A stretch of 36,227 nt of DNA, taken from positions 1-36,227 of the IMG/VR virus record IMGVR_UViG_3300035562_000017; one strand, 5' to 3'. Position numbers and translations under genes: made by a program. How positions within the stretch are numbered: the first letter of the stretch is position 1; every line of letters starts with the position of its first letter. The stretch comes from a virus (Duplodnaviria; Caudoviricetes). The notes beneath the pieces are model-generated. The model saw nothing but the letters and a program-made list of their open reading frames with translations. It was not told the DNA's origin and did not search any database. This document shows, one piece after another, positions 1 to 8,034 of this stretch.

Positions 1-81
1 GCCGAACAGCGCCGGGATATGCTGCAGCAATGGGCCAATATGGTGGATGGGTGGATCGAGGCGGAGAAGGGGAAGTGCTAA
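1..81 (+). CDS. int: Tyrosine integrase, C-terminal end (partial)
   Basis: Frame 1 reads AEQRRDMLQQWANMVDGWIEAEKGKC*, resembling the RRxMMQxWADxLD C-terminal helix of P4/epsilon15-type integrases; convergent with the early-left operon containing the excisionase. Confidence 0.75.
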   Translation, partial: AEQRRDMLQQWANMVDGWIEAEKGKC

Positions 82-269
82 TCAGTGTCACCGATCACTT
101 TCTTTGCTAAAGCAGACGACAGGTAAGAGATGATGAACGGCAGCCACAGGGCAGCGTACAACCAATCAAACCAGGTAGCACCGTCATAATTTTCACGTTC
201 GTAAAATCCAACGATATAGCCGGCCACGAATATGTATCCGGCTGCCAGTGCGAGAATTAAATAAATCAT
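78..269 (-). CDS. Small membrane protein (63 aa, two hydrophobic segments)
   Basis: GGAG RBS, ATGA overlap with upstream gene, two hydrophobic stretches. Confidence 0.7.
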   Translation of the reverse strand: MIYLILALAAGYIFVAGYIVGFYERENYDGATWFDWLYAALWLPFIISYLSSALAKKVIGDTD

Positions 270-547
270 GCTTTTACTCCTACCGATGCCAGGAACCGAT
301 CAAACATGGCTATCTTTGGGCTTTGCGAAAACCGGCTTTTCCCGCCGATAAATGAGTATGTACACGGCTGGTTGCCGTGAAGCCTGCGGTCAATCAGTTG
401 GTAGTCCACAAGGGTAGCCAGAGCGCGGCTGAGAGCATGCGCCGATATTGGCTTGTGCTCTTTCTCGTACAGCTCCTTAATCTGAGCATGGCCGATGTTT
501 TCGTTGTCCTTAACGATTTGCATTACATGGTCGCGGTTGTGTTTCAT
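266..547 (-). CDS. Hypothetical protein, possible winged-helix DNA-binding protein
   Basis: ATGA-coupled to neighbours; ISAHALSRALATLVDYQLI resembles a wHTH recognition helix. Confidence 0.65.
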   Translation of the reverse strand: MKHNRDHVMQIVKDNENIGHAQIKELYEKEHKPISAHALSRALATLVDYQLIDRRLHGNQPCTYSFIGGKSRFSQSPKIAMFDRFLASVGVKA

Positions 548-1206
548 GATGCGATCCTCACTGGTTGAGGGATTGTGAAACCTCCGGGTAGAAGTTCGAC
601 GTCATTGCGTGGGCACTCATTACCCCAGTGGTGCCACCCTGGCGCATCACCTCTGCTGAAAAGTTCGATTCGTGACACGTCACCATAAAGCCGCTCCAGT
701 CTGTGGCGTGCTTCCCATGGCTTTGCACTGTGCTGCGTAATCGGTGCATAGATCACCTGCTTCACGGAGGCATCCTGCCGTTCCAGGCCGGTACCGCGCA
801 CGGCAACCAGCATCGATTCCTGATTGCCTCGGCTATAGTTCCCAGGGTTCATCCTTGTTACGCCATTAAGCAGGTCGAGGAAGTCGTAAAAGTCCACCAA
901 CCCATCCTCGATCGCGGCATTAATGGTGCGTTCTGCCAGCTCGTTGAACTTCACCCAGGTGAACAAGAACATTTGACGAACGTCGAAGCCCCAGGCCGCG
1001 GCCAGTTCCTTGGCCTGTTCCGCGTGGGTTCCGGTGTACCACATTGCCAATACACTGTTTTCTGCTGAGATGGACCAGACCGGCAATCGCTTTAAATCCT
1101 GCAGTGTCATTGTGCTGTAGTGGTTTCCAGCGGCTCCGTTACTGATTTTGTTTCCGTATTGCCACGGTGGATCGGCCATTATCAGGTTATATTGACGCTC
1201 ACCCAT
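544..1206 (-). CDS. MT-A70 family adenine methyltransferase (orphan)
   Basis: YNLIMADPPW catalytic motif, HYSTM, HSAKP and RIELFSR motifs typical of MT-A70. Confidence 0.93.
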   Translation of the reverse strand: MGERQYNLIMADPPWQYGNKISNGAAGNHYSTMTLQDLKRLPVWSISAENSVLAMWYTGTHAEQAKELAAAWGFDVRQMFLFTWVKFNELAERTINAAIEDGLVDFYDFLDLLNGVTRMNPGNYSRGNQESMLVAVRGTGLERQDASVKQVIYAPITQHSAKPWEARHRLERLYGDVSRIELFSRGDAPGWHHWGNECPRNDVELLPGGFTIPQPVRIAS

Positions 1207-1327
1207 TGATCACCTCCGCCAGCTTTACAACAAGGACTGTCAGGCCGATCGATAAAAACCAGAAAAAGAATAGAGCCGCAAACATATAGGCGCACACGTT
1301 ACGCATCAGGTGGTGTTTTATGTTCAT
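1199..1327 (-). CDS. Small membrane protein, 42 aa (not in ORF track)
   Basis: MNIKHHLMRNVCAYMFAALFFFWFLSIGLTVLVVKLAEVING*; ATGA overlap with excisionase stop and overlap with methyltransferase start. Confidence 0.7.
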   Translation of the reverse strand: MNIKHHLMRNVCAYMFAALFFFWFLSIGLTVLVVKLAEVING

Positions 1328-1575
1328 GCTGCACACTCCTGTACTGGTCTGGTTTTACGCTGCCGCACATCTGGCATGTTTACGGGTTTTTTGCCGGTGC
1401 CTGCCTCTTGCCGTTCATCAAGCCAGGCTTCTACCTCATCGCCATTCCAGGCTACGCGCCCCTCTGTGATGGAAAATCGTTTAGGGAACTTTCCAGCTTT
1501 TTCCAGCGCGTTGATTGTGTAAAAAGACAGAGGCACCCTACGGAGAAGTTCTTTTTTATCTACTGCTTCTTTCAT
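1324..1575 (-). CDS. AlpA-family excisionase / recombination directionality factor
   Basis: AlpA signature LSxxTIxxLEKAGKFPKR...RVAWxxxEVEAWL; near integrase; AAGGAG RBS. Confidence 0.88.
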   Translation of the reverse strand: MKEAVDKKELLRRVPLSFYTINALEKAGKFPKRFSITEGRVAWNGDEVEAWLDERQEAGTGKKPVNMPDVRQRKTRPVQECAA

Positions 1576-1588
1576 GATTGCTCCTTTG

Positions 1589-1606
1589 GCGGGGCTTTCG
1601 CCCCGC
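1589..1606 (-). other. GC-rich hairpin (GCGGGGC-GAAA-GCCCCGC) between recT and excisionase
   Basis: 7-bp stem with GNRA loop on the minus strand, no U-tract, just upstream of the excisionase RBS. Confidence 0.5.
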
Positions 1607-1615
1607 GCCGGTGGG

Positions 1616-2551
1616 TTACATAGGGACTTCGTTCATTTCATCGCGGCGAACGTTGTAAACGTCGGTGGCCAACTGCAGGTGTTCTTCATGGCTGGCCAGA
1701 ACGTGGGCGCCGTACTTATAGGCCTTGTCCAACTCCTCAATACTGGCGGCTTTCGTGGCCGCTTCGGTAAAGGCTGCAAGCAGATCGTCAGGTGTGCGTT
1801 CATCTTGATTGGCAGGCTTAACTTCTTTTTCCACTGACTTGCCGTTAATCAGGCTATTCAGTCCGGCGGCGCTGGTCGCTGGTGGGGTTACGTCGCGTTC
1901 AACGCGTGGAATCTCCGCTAATTCATCAGGGGTGTAGACACCCATGATTACGTCAGGGCAGTGCAGGCGTGACCACCGCTTAACGGCAAGGTATGCCAGT
2001 TGTTGTTTAGGATCGCTTGCCCATAACGTGGAGTTTCTAACCTGAGCCTGAGAAAGTAGAAGCTCCAGCACGCGCGGATGGTCTTCACCTTTCATCGTTG
2101 CCCAAACTTTTACTCCGCATCCGGTTTCATCCTTCAGCGTCCATGCTGGTGCAATGTAGGAGTTACCTTTCTGTGAGGTTTTTTCTACGAACTTACCGAT
2201 TACTTGATCCCAGGGCCCAAACCATTCGTAATTAATGCGGTCTTTGGTTGGTGACATTGTTGTGATTACGGCGTTCACTAGCTGCGCCTCATAGCCCAAT
2301 GTTCCGCTTACAACGTGGGTTTTCTGCGCGACGGCGAACGGGTTCATACCCCACTGTGCTGCTTGCATTGCCACTGCCATACAATCAGCGGGCTTACCAG
2401 CTAAGTGTGCTGGCACTGTTACTCTGCTTTGCGCCATTACTTCGGCAAACTTCATCAGTTGGTTAAGGCCTTCAGGGCTATAGATTGTTGCGGCTGTATC
2501 GGCGACGGAATTGCTTACTGGAGAATCCACTGTTGTGATTTGGTTGCTCAT
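1616..2551 (-). CDS. recT: RecT-family ssDNA annealing protein
   Basis: VPAHLAGKPADCMAVAMQAAQWGMNPFAVAQKTH, WASDPKQQLAYLAVKRWSRLHCPDVIMGVYTPDEL; likely start MSNQ at 2551 overlapping the exonuclease stop. Confidence 0.9.
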   Translation of the reverse strand: MSNQITTVDSPVSNSVADTAATIYSPEGLNQLMKFAEVMAQSRVTVPAHLAGKPADCMAVAMQAAQWGMNPFAVAQKTHVVSGTLGYEAQLVNAVITTMSPTKDRINYEWFGPWDQVIGKFVEKTSQKGNSYIAPAWTLKDETGCGVKVWATMKGEDHPRVLELLLSQAQVRNSTLWASDPKQQLAYLAVKRWSRLHCPDVIMGVYTPDELAEIPRVERDVTPPATSAAGLNSLINGKSVEKEVKPANQDERTPDDLLAAFTEAATKAASIEELDKAYKYGAHVLASHEEHLQLATDVYNVRRDEMNEVPM

Positions 2552-3366
2552 AATTGATCCTGTTTTCTGGCCCATGCCGGGCGCTGGATTTTTTCGACGC
2601 CGCCCCATTCATTGGTGGTGCGGCATTGGTGATAGGTATTTAGATCCCGGCGGTAGAGTCGGTGACCCTCATCCACATCTGCTGCGTCGAGTTCAAAAAC
2701 GCGTACCGGGTACCGGCCGCAGTCGATCGTTTCGCTGACAGCCAGGAAGAAAAATCCGGGTGTTTCACCGGTAACTTGCTGGAAGCCATCGCGGTACATG
2801 GCGTCCTGGACGTGATAGCGGAACTCCTCGATATGGCGCGCGAACCGGTCCATGTCGGCAACCTTTTTCACGTCCACTATCATCGGGTGATCGCTCAGAT
2901 ATCTGTCTGGCCGGCAGCGGCATAACTCACCGGTTTCCGGGTCAGTCCAGAAGAACGACGATTCACAATGGCCATCGGCTTCAAGCAACCATCGCGCCGC
3001 TGGGTGGGCCATGGCACTATCGCGCATCAGGTTAAGCTTTCGCCCTTGCTCTGCGTCCATTACCGTTTTTCCGGTGTGCTCGCAGTCTTTCAGGAATGCT
3101 GCTTCGGCTTCCTTTCCGACGGTGGTGCGCCGGTTAAATTCCGGCGCAACGATGAAGCGTTTTTTAAACTGCTCTGGTTCCAAAAGCGTGCAGTGCAGGG
3201 CGGTTCCCATGTCCAGCGCCTTCAGTTTTTCAGTGTCTACCGGTGCCTTCTTGATCCATTCCAACAGCGCCGGGTTCTTGGCTACCAGATCAAGATTGGA
3301 CTTACTCACGCCGTCCTCGGCGTGGTAATCCTCGTTTGAAATGTCGTGGTAGATGCCGGTTTTCAT
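2548..3366 (-). CDS. recE: RecE/exonuclease VIII-like PD-(D/E)XK exonuclease
   Basis: GIYHDISNEDYHA, GTALHCTLLEP, CRCRPD..IVDVKK, YHVQDAMY motifs; adjacent to recT. Confidence 0.9.
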   Translation of the reverse strand: MKTGIYHDISNEDYHAEDGVSKSNLDLVAKNPALLEWIKKAPVDTEKLKALDMGTALHCTLLEPEQFKKRFIVAPEFNRRTTVGKEAEAAFLKDCEHTGKTVMDAEQGRKLNLMRDSAMAHPAARWLLEADGHCESSFFWTDPETGELCRCRPDRYLSDHPMIVDVKKVADMDRFARHIEEFRYHVQDAMYRDGFQQVTGETPGFFFLAVSETIDCGRYPVRVFELDAADVDEGHRLYRRDLNTYHQCRTTNEWGGVEKIQRPAWARKQDQL

Positions 3367-3668
3367 CACGCCACCTCATCGAACTGGTGGCTGCGGCGGT
3401 AAATTTCCGCAGCTCGTTGGCGTTTAACCAGCTCTGTTAGGCAATCCCAAATTGCTGCACTGGCCAGCTCTTGGTATTCGGTGGAGTCGGCGCCGAGTTT
3501 CAGCACCTCCTGATCCATGCCTGACACTTGTTGGCGTAACATCTCGGTGAAGTGGTGGATCTTCACTTTCTTATCCAGCGCCTCAACTTCTGCGTAAACC
3601 GCTTCGTTATCCTGCTCAGTGAAGCCAGCAACGATTTTTTCAATATCGATAGCCTGTTGTGCATTCAT
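3366..3668 (-). CDS. Hypothetical phage protein
   Basis: GAGG RBS before ATG at 3668; coupled to the exonuclease. Confidence 0.75.
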   Translation of the reverse strand: MNAQQAIDIEKIVAGFTEQDNEAVYAEVEALDKKVKIHHFTEMLRQQVSGMDQEVLKLGADSTEYQELASAAIWDCLTELVKRQRAAEIYRRSHQFDEVA

Positions 3669-3675
3669 AAGCACC

Positions 3676-4686
3676 TCAGTAGTTAATGGTCATGTGCTGC
3701 ACCTGCATGCGGGCAACGGCTTCAACGCATTTTTTTGCACAGTCTTCTGGCACGCCCGCGGCAATCAGATCGGCTACCACGCTGCGGTTTACTTCCCGGC
3801 GGTGTTCAACGTTGGCCGCTTTTGCTGCGGCTTCATCGGCAATGCGTTTCTCTTCTGCCAATCGAGCCTGCTCTGCTTGCTGCTTTTCACGCTCAGCGCG
3901 TTGCTCTGCCTCGATGCGCTCACGTTCGGCACGTTCCGCTGCTGCTTTTGCATCAGCCTCGCGTCTGGCTGCCGCTTCGAGTTCTGCGCGATTCTTTTCC
4001 TCTGCCTCACGTCGGGCGCGATCCTCTGCATCCTTTGCGATCTGCGCTTCCCGTTCACGCTGTGCAGCAACTTCCATTTCGGCGCGCAGGCGTTCAAGTT
4101 CCGCCGCTTCGGCCTCTCTCTGCTTGGCGGCTTTCAGAGCAACTTCTAACTTGGTTATGGCAGCGTCCTTTGCTACCCCTGCTTCCGCCGTTACTTCTTG
4201 CCATGACTCATCGATCGCAGTGGCCTTGACCGATTCCAGCCGGGCAGCAATGTCTGCTGCCGGCGGAACGTTGCCAACTTCATCAACCACGTTGGCGCTT
4301 TCACGTAGCTTCGCCAGTCGCTGTTGCAGGTCGGCAACGCGTTGCTTTTCTGCGTTTTCAAGCTCAGTAAGAGGAAGGCGGACGGTGTCACGAAGCTGAT
4401 CGCATGCATCAACAAAGCGCTTAATTTCTTGCTCTGCTGGCTTTACTGCTTCTTTCAGTTGCCGCAGATAATCGCGGCCCGGCTTTTCTACTGCTGTTTT
4501 GCTTCTTGATACCGCCGCAGCCAGTGAGGCCACGCGGTCGCGACCTTTCTTCGTGCTAAGGTCTGGAACTTCGTTAACCGCTTCTTTGATTTGAGATAGA
4601 AACTGATCAAGTCCGCCGGTAATGAAAATTGCAGGTGCCATATCAGGAGTGATGCTGATAGCTGGCAGTTGTTTTTCTTCGCTCAT
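3676..4686 (-). CDS. Coiled-coil phage protein (Ala/Glu/Arg-rich)
   Basis: VPDLSTKKGRDRVASLAAAVSRSKTAVEKPGRDY N-terminal domain of a common phage family, long EAR-rich coiled coil; start MSEEKQ at 4686. Confidence 0.8.
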   Translation of the reverse strand: MSEEKQLPAISITPDMAPAIFITGGLDQFLSQIKEAVNEVPDLSTKKGRDRVASLAAAVSRSKTAVEKPGRDYLRQLKEAVKPAEQEIKRFVDACDQLRDTVRLPLTELENAEKQRVADLQQRLAKLRESANVVDEVGNVPPAADIAARLESVKATAIDESWQEVTAEAGVAKDAAITKLEVALKAAKQREAEAAELERLRAEMEVAAQREREAQIAKDAEDRARREAEEKNRAELEAAARREADAKAAAERAERERIEAEQRAEREKQQAEQARLAEEKRIADEAAAKAANVEHRREVNRSVVADLIAAGVPEDCAKKCVEAVARMQVQHMTINY

Positions 4687-4835
4687 CTGTGTGCAACCTC
4701 TAATTGATTGGCCGCGTCCAGCGCGACACGTGTTGTAAATGCCCAGTGCAGGGCTTCTTGGAAATCTGCAAACCGCCAACTGACACAGCCGCAGACGGTC
4801 ACGCAGTAAATCCCGTTGATGGTTTGAGAAATCAT
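4683..4835 (-). CDS. Small hypothetical protein, 50 aa (not in ORF track)
   Basis: MISQTINGIYCVTVCGCVSWRFADFQEALHWAFTTRVALDAANQLEVAHR*; GAGG RBS; ATGA overlap with downstream gene. Confidence 0.7.
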   Translation of the reverse strand: MISQTINGIYCVTVCGCVSWRFADFQEALHWAFTTRVALDAANQLEVAHR

Positions 4836-4851
4836 CGTTAACCTCTGTTTA

Positions 4852-4866
4852 TTACCAATTTGGTAA
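4852..4866. promoter_or_regulatory. Repressor operator TTACCAATTTGGTAA
   Basis: Perfect TTACC-N5-GGTAA palindrome, intergenic. Confidence 0.8.
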
Positions 4867-5190
4867 CTATTGGTGGCGTGCTAAAAATAAATCGTTGATA
4901 ATTTTAAGAGCGGACTTCGGCTTGTCGTTGCACATTTCTTTGAGCAACTTGAGAAGTTCTCTTGGCTTCATTCCGCGTTTTTCTGCCTGAGCTTTGAGTA
5001 AGCCGCTATCGACGTTATTGATAGCTTCCAGAGCGGCTGCTTTATCGGTCTTGTAGTTGTCCTTTGCGACCCAGCGAGCTTCCGATCTTTCCGCCCTCTG
5101 CTGCGCGCTGAACTCAGCGATCTCTACGTGAATGTCTTTGCCGCCTCGCTTATTCTGCGGGAGGTTCAAAATTCCGTGATCAAGTGCCAT
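4867..5190 (-). CDS. Hypothetical basic protein, first gene of the early-left operon
   Basis: GAGGG RBS before ATG at 5190 (MALDHG); 107 aa. Confidence 0.75.
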   Translation of the reverse strand: MALDHGILNLPQNKRGGKDIHVEIAEFSAQQRAERSEARWVAKDNYKTDKAAALEAINNVDSGLLKAQAEKRGMKPRELLKLLKEMCNDKPKSALKIINDLFLARHQ

Positions 5191-5247
5191 CGTGTAACCC
5201 TCTGCTGTATCCCCGGCACGCGGGGAAATCGTTAATGTTTGGGTGAT

Positions 5248-5295
5248 CACCGCATCATCGCGGTGCCTCAATTCCTGTCTGATTGTTAAAGAGCA
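5248..5295 (-). promoter_or_regulatory. boxA antitermination element plus hairpin (nut-like)
   Basis: Minus strand TGCTCTTTAACAA (5295-5283) matches the extended boxA consensus; CACCGC-GATGAT-GCGGTG hairpin at 5265-5248. Confidence 0.7.
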
Positions 5296-5298
5296 TCA

Positions 5299-5388
5299 TT
5301 ACCAGATTGGTAACTTCTTGAGGTAATAATTACCCATAAATGATTCTTGGTCAATAGATATAAATATAAAAAGTTACCAAAATGGTAA
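5299..5388 (-). promoter_or_regulatory. Early-left promoter flanked by two operators
   Basis: TTGACC (5354-5349)-N17-AATTAT (5331-5326); perfect operators at 5299-5313 and 5374-5388. Confidence 0.72.
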
Positions 5389-5450
5389 TTATTGTTGGCG
5401 TAGTTAACCGCCGTATAGCGGTAACTTATTGGAAGAAAAGGGGATATGGG

Positions 5451-5717
5451 TTACTTCTTGCCGTTGGCTTCGGCCATTTGTTGGTAAACAGGATCGTTAC
5501 CGCGTGGTAGGCGCTGACCGGCAGCCCGGTGATGTTCCAGTCGTTCTTTGAAGTATTCGCGCAGGGAATCCGGTTGCTCTGCCTCAACGTGAGCAGGGAT
5601 CACCGGCATGTTCATGCGCTCTTTATACGCAACTCCAGCGGCGGCCATATCGACGTTAACCTTATCCATATCCTCTTTGCCGAGACTGGCCAGGTTATAG
5701 GATTTCTTTTCTGTCAT
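5451..5717 (-). CDS. holE: DNA polymerase III theta subunit homologue (HolE/Hot-like)
   Basis: [48 protein letters not shown] closely matches the HolE consensus. Confidence 0.93.
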   Translation of the reverse strand: MTEKKSYNLASLGKEDMDKVNVDMAAAGVAYKERMNMPVIPAHVEAEQPDSLREYFKERLEHHRAAGQRLPRGNDPVYQQMAEANGKK

Positions 5718-6310
5718 ATGCGGGCCTGCTGCATCACAAACTCAATGAATGATTCGATCTTGGCTTTGTCCTCAGCTGGGAGCTGCGCAAACTGTGATCG
5801 ATCATAGTTAATCAGGGTCGGGTCTTTCGGCTTCAGCAGCAGTTCATAACCACGACGGCCGAATGCACCGGCGATCGCCTCCAGGTTGTTGATAGTGATA
5901 TTGCCTTCACGGCTCAACACGCGGTTAACGGTAGACTGGCCGACACCGGCAGCGGCCCCAACTTTAGCCTGGCTGGACAGATCGCGGTTATTGCTCATCC
6001 ATAGCTCAAGGTTGCTGGCAACAATATCGCCAACCTCTGTTTCTTCCTGCGCAGGCTCCGCACCGGCGGCCAGGGCCATCATGTGGTCGCGATCCAACCA
6101 AAACTTCGGTTTGTTAGCTGCGACTTCTATCTTGCGTGCCACGCTGTCACCAATGCCTTTATGGTTCTTGTCTGTCGGCGGCTTAAGCCAACGGCTGATC
6201 ACGTTGGCATTAATCTCCAGCCGCTCAGCAAGGCGCACTTGGCGGCCGTCAAAATCACGGTTGATGATGTCGCGCAGGTTTTCGCGGCGGATGTCGTTAA
6301 TGCTTTTCAT
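5714..6310 (-). CDS. Prophage repressor, non-cleavable, two XRE-type HTH domains (SPC32H Rep-like)
   Basis: N-terminal IRRENL...[22 protein letters not shown]; second [23 protein letters not shown]; no S24 peptidase domain seen; divergent from cro. Confidence 0.88.
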   Translation of the reverse strand: MKSINDIRRENLRDIINRDFDGRQVRLAERLEINANVISRWLKPPTDKNHKGIGDSVARKIEVAANKPKFWLDRDHMMALAAGAEPAQEETEVGDIVASNLELWMSNNRDLSSQAKVGAAAGVGQSTVNRVLSREGNITINNLEAIAGAFGRRGYELLLKPKDPTLINYDRSQFAQLPAEDKAKIESFIEFVMQQARI

Positions 6311-6361
6311 AGTGAGTTACACAGTCCGTTGGATTGTTTTCTGCCTGTATTTAAAACAAAA

Positions 6362-6427
6362 TTACCTTAATGGTAAACGAACCTAAAAGGTAATTAATTT
6401 GCCTAATTGCACCATTTAGGTAATTAT
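6362..6427. promoter_or_regulatory. Immunity switch: three operators and rightward promoter
   Basis: TTACCTTAATGGTAA 6362-6376, GAACCTAAAAGGTAA 6379-6393, GCACCATTTAGGTAA 6409-6423; TTGCCT (6399)-N17-AATTAT. Confidence 0.8.
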
Positions 6428-6460
6428 CTGCACGATAAATTCCAGAAATGAGGCAATGCA

Positions 6461-6679
6461 ATGGAGCCATTCAACTTCAAAAAATTCTGGCTGGCTATGA
6501 GCAAAGATGAGCGCGATGTGTTTGCAGAAGAAGCTGGCACCACCGCACACTACATCATGACGCATACGCAACGCCGCACGCGGATGCCGAAGAAAAAACT
6601 CATGGATCAGCTGTTTAAGGCGTGCAAGAAACGCAAGCCGGAACTGACGAAACCGCAATTGGTATCGTTCTTTTACTGA
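6461..6679 (+). CDS. cro: Cro-like HTH regulator
   Basis: 72 aa, ERDVFAEEAGTTAHYI HTH, divergent from repressor, GAGG RBS. Confidence 0.78.
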   Translation: MEPFNFKKFWLAMSKDERDVFAEEAGTTAHYIMTHTQRRTRMPKKKLMDQLFKACKKRKPELTKPQLVSFFY

Positions 6680-6697
6680 TATACCACCACCGATAAC

Positions 6698-6722
6698 AGG
6701 GTCGCTTATGCGGCCCTTTTTT
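6698..6722 (+). terminator. Intrinsic terminator after cro
   Basis: AGGGTCGC-TTAT-GCGGCCCT followed by a T-run. Confidence 0.8.
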
Positions 6723-6761
6723 ATTGGCTTTGCAGGGTTGGTAACAAAAATCCATTTATGG

Positions 6762-6790
6762 TTGATCTATTTTTGTCTTACCGCTAATCT
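6762..6790 (+). promoter_or_regulatory. Putative sigma70 promoter for replication genes
   Basis: TTGATC-N17-TAATCT downstream of the cro terminator. Confidence 0.5.
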
Positions 6791-6824
6791 CTATCACATT
6801 CATACACGCAAAGAGGTGGAGGAC

Positions 6825-7034
6825 GTGGAAATCATTACCAGGACGGAGGCAGCAAAAGCTGGACTCACGAAATACTACACTGGCACCGCCTGCCGAAATG
6901 GGCACGTGTGCGAGCGGTACACGGTCAACGGGGCGTGCCTGGAATGCAACGCCAATCATACAAAGGCCCAGAGAAGCCGCATCAGGGAGATGATTGCTCT
7001 GGCCAAAAACCAGAACGAGGAAGCACATGCGTGA
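6825..7034 (+). CDS. Small Cys/His-rich putative zinc-binding protein
   Basis: GGAGG RBS, GTG start; YYTGTACRNGH..ERYT.NGACLEC motif. Confidence 0.75.
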   Translation: MEIITRTEAAKAGLTKYYTGTACRNGHVCERYTVNGACLECNANHTKAQRSRIREMIALAKNQNEEAHA

Positions 7035-8034
7035 TTACGGCAAGGTTTCCCCGCAATTCTGGATAGGGAACACCGGTAGAGAGCTGAAATCAAAGGGGCC
7101 GGAAGCGCTGATCGTCTCTATGTATCTTCTCACTAATCCACACGCAAACATGATCGGCATGTATTACCTACCAATCATATACATAGCTCATGAAACAGGG
7201 TTGGGAGTTGAAGGGGCTTCGAAGGGGCTTCAAAGGGCTGTTGAAGCGGGTTTTTGCCTCTACGATGGGGTGGCTGAAGTGGTGTGGGTCGAAGAAATGG
7301 CAAAGTATCAGATTGCCACATCGCTTAAGGCTAACGACAACCGATGTGTTGGCATCCAAAGAGAGTATGACGCCCAGCCAAAAAACTGTTTCTTATCAAT
7401 GTTTTTCGATAAGTACAAGGACGCTTTCAACCTGTCGTGTAAGCGAGAATCATCACAGGGAAATGGAAGGGGCTTCGAAGGGGCTTCTGAGGCCCTCGGA
7501 AGCCAAGAGCAGGAGCAGGAGCAGGAGAAAGAACAGGAAAGAGATAACCCCCCAAACCCCCCATCGAAAAAAAAGGGGCCATACCCATACCCGGAAGGGT
7601 TGAACGTTGAAGCCTGGGAAGAGTGGAAGCTGTACCGACGGGATCTGAAGATCAAGGCGTATGCACCAACGCCACGTAGCGAAGGAGCTGCAATCACCAA
7701 CCTGTTGAAGTTGTCAGGCGGGGATCTGCAGGTGCAAGCAGAAATCATCAAGCAAAGCATGGCCAATAGTTGGCATGGGTTATTTGAACTTAAGACCGGA
7801 GGTAACCATGAGGCAGGCGGGCGATATGGCGCGGGAGATAATTTCAAAGGCAATGCAGTCGAAGCAGTTCACGCAGCAACAGCAAGAATGCGAGAGCAGT
7901 ACGGACTCGCAGGCGCTGGACAGAACAATCAGGATTTGGGATCGCATGGTGGAGTTGTATTCGGACAAGTGGACTCGCAGGAACGGGCTAACACCGCCAT
8001 CACTCTGGATCAACGCGATTGGAAAGCTGTCTGA
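7027..8034 (+). CDS. Replication initiation protein (lambda O-like role)
   Basis: MRDYGKVSPQFW N-terminus, internal iterons, EQEQEQE linker, WEEWKLYR and SMANSWHGLFELK C-terminal motifs. Confidence 0.85.
   Translation: MRDYGKVSPQFWIGNTGRELKSKGPEALIVSMYLLTNPHANMIGMYYLPIIYIAHETGLGVEGASKGLQRAVEAGFCLYDGVAEVVWVEEMAKYQIATSLKANDNRCVGIQREYDAQPKNCFLSMFFDKYKDAFNLSCKRESSQGNGRGFEGASEALGSQEQEQEQEKEQERDNPPNPPSKKKGPYPYPEGLNVEAWEEWKLYRRDLKIKAYAPTPRSEGAAITNLLKLSGGDLQVQAEIIKQSMANSWHGLFELKTGGNHEAGGRYGAGDNFKGNAVEAVHAATARMREQYGLAGAGQNNQDLGSHGGVVFGQVDSQERANTAITLDQRDWKAV
7210..7487. repeat. Replication origin iterons GAAGGGGCTTC x4
   Basis: Exact 11-mers at 7210-7220, 7221-7231, 7466-7476, 7477-7487 inside the initiator gene. 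Confidence 0.8.

Noticed and set aside
3619-4399. Long plus-strand ORFs (176, 237, 164 aa)
   Set aside because: Antisense shadows of the Ala/Glu/Arg coiled-coil gene; low complexity, no motifs
5403-5425. Hairpin downstream of the holE-like gene as a terminator
   Set aside because: Bulged stem with no U-tract; not supportable
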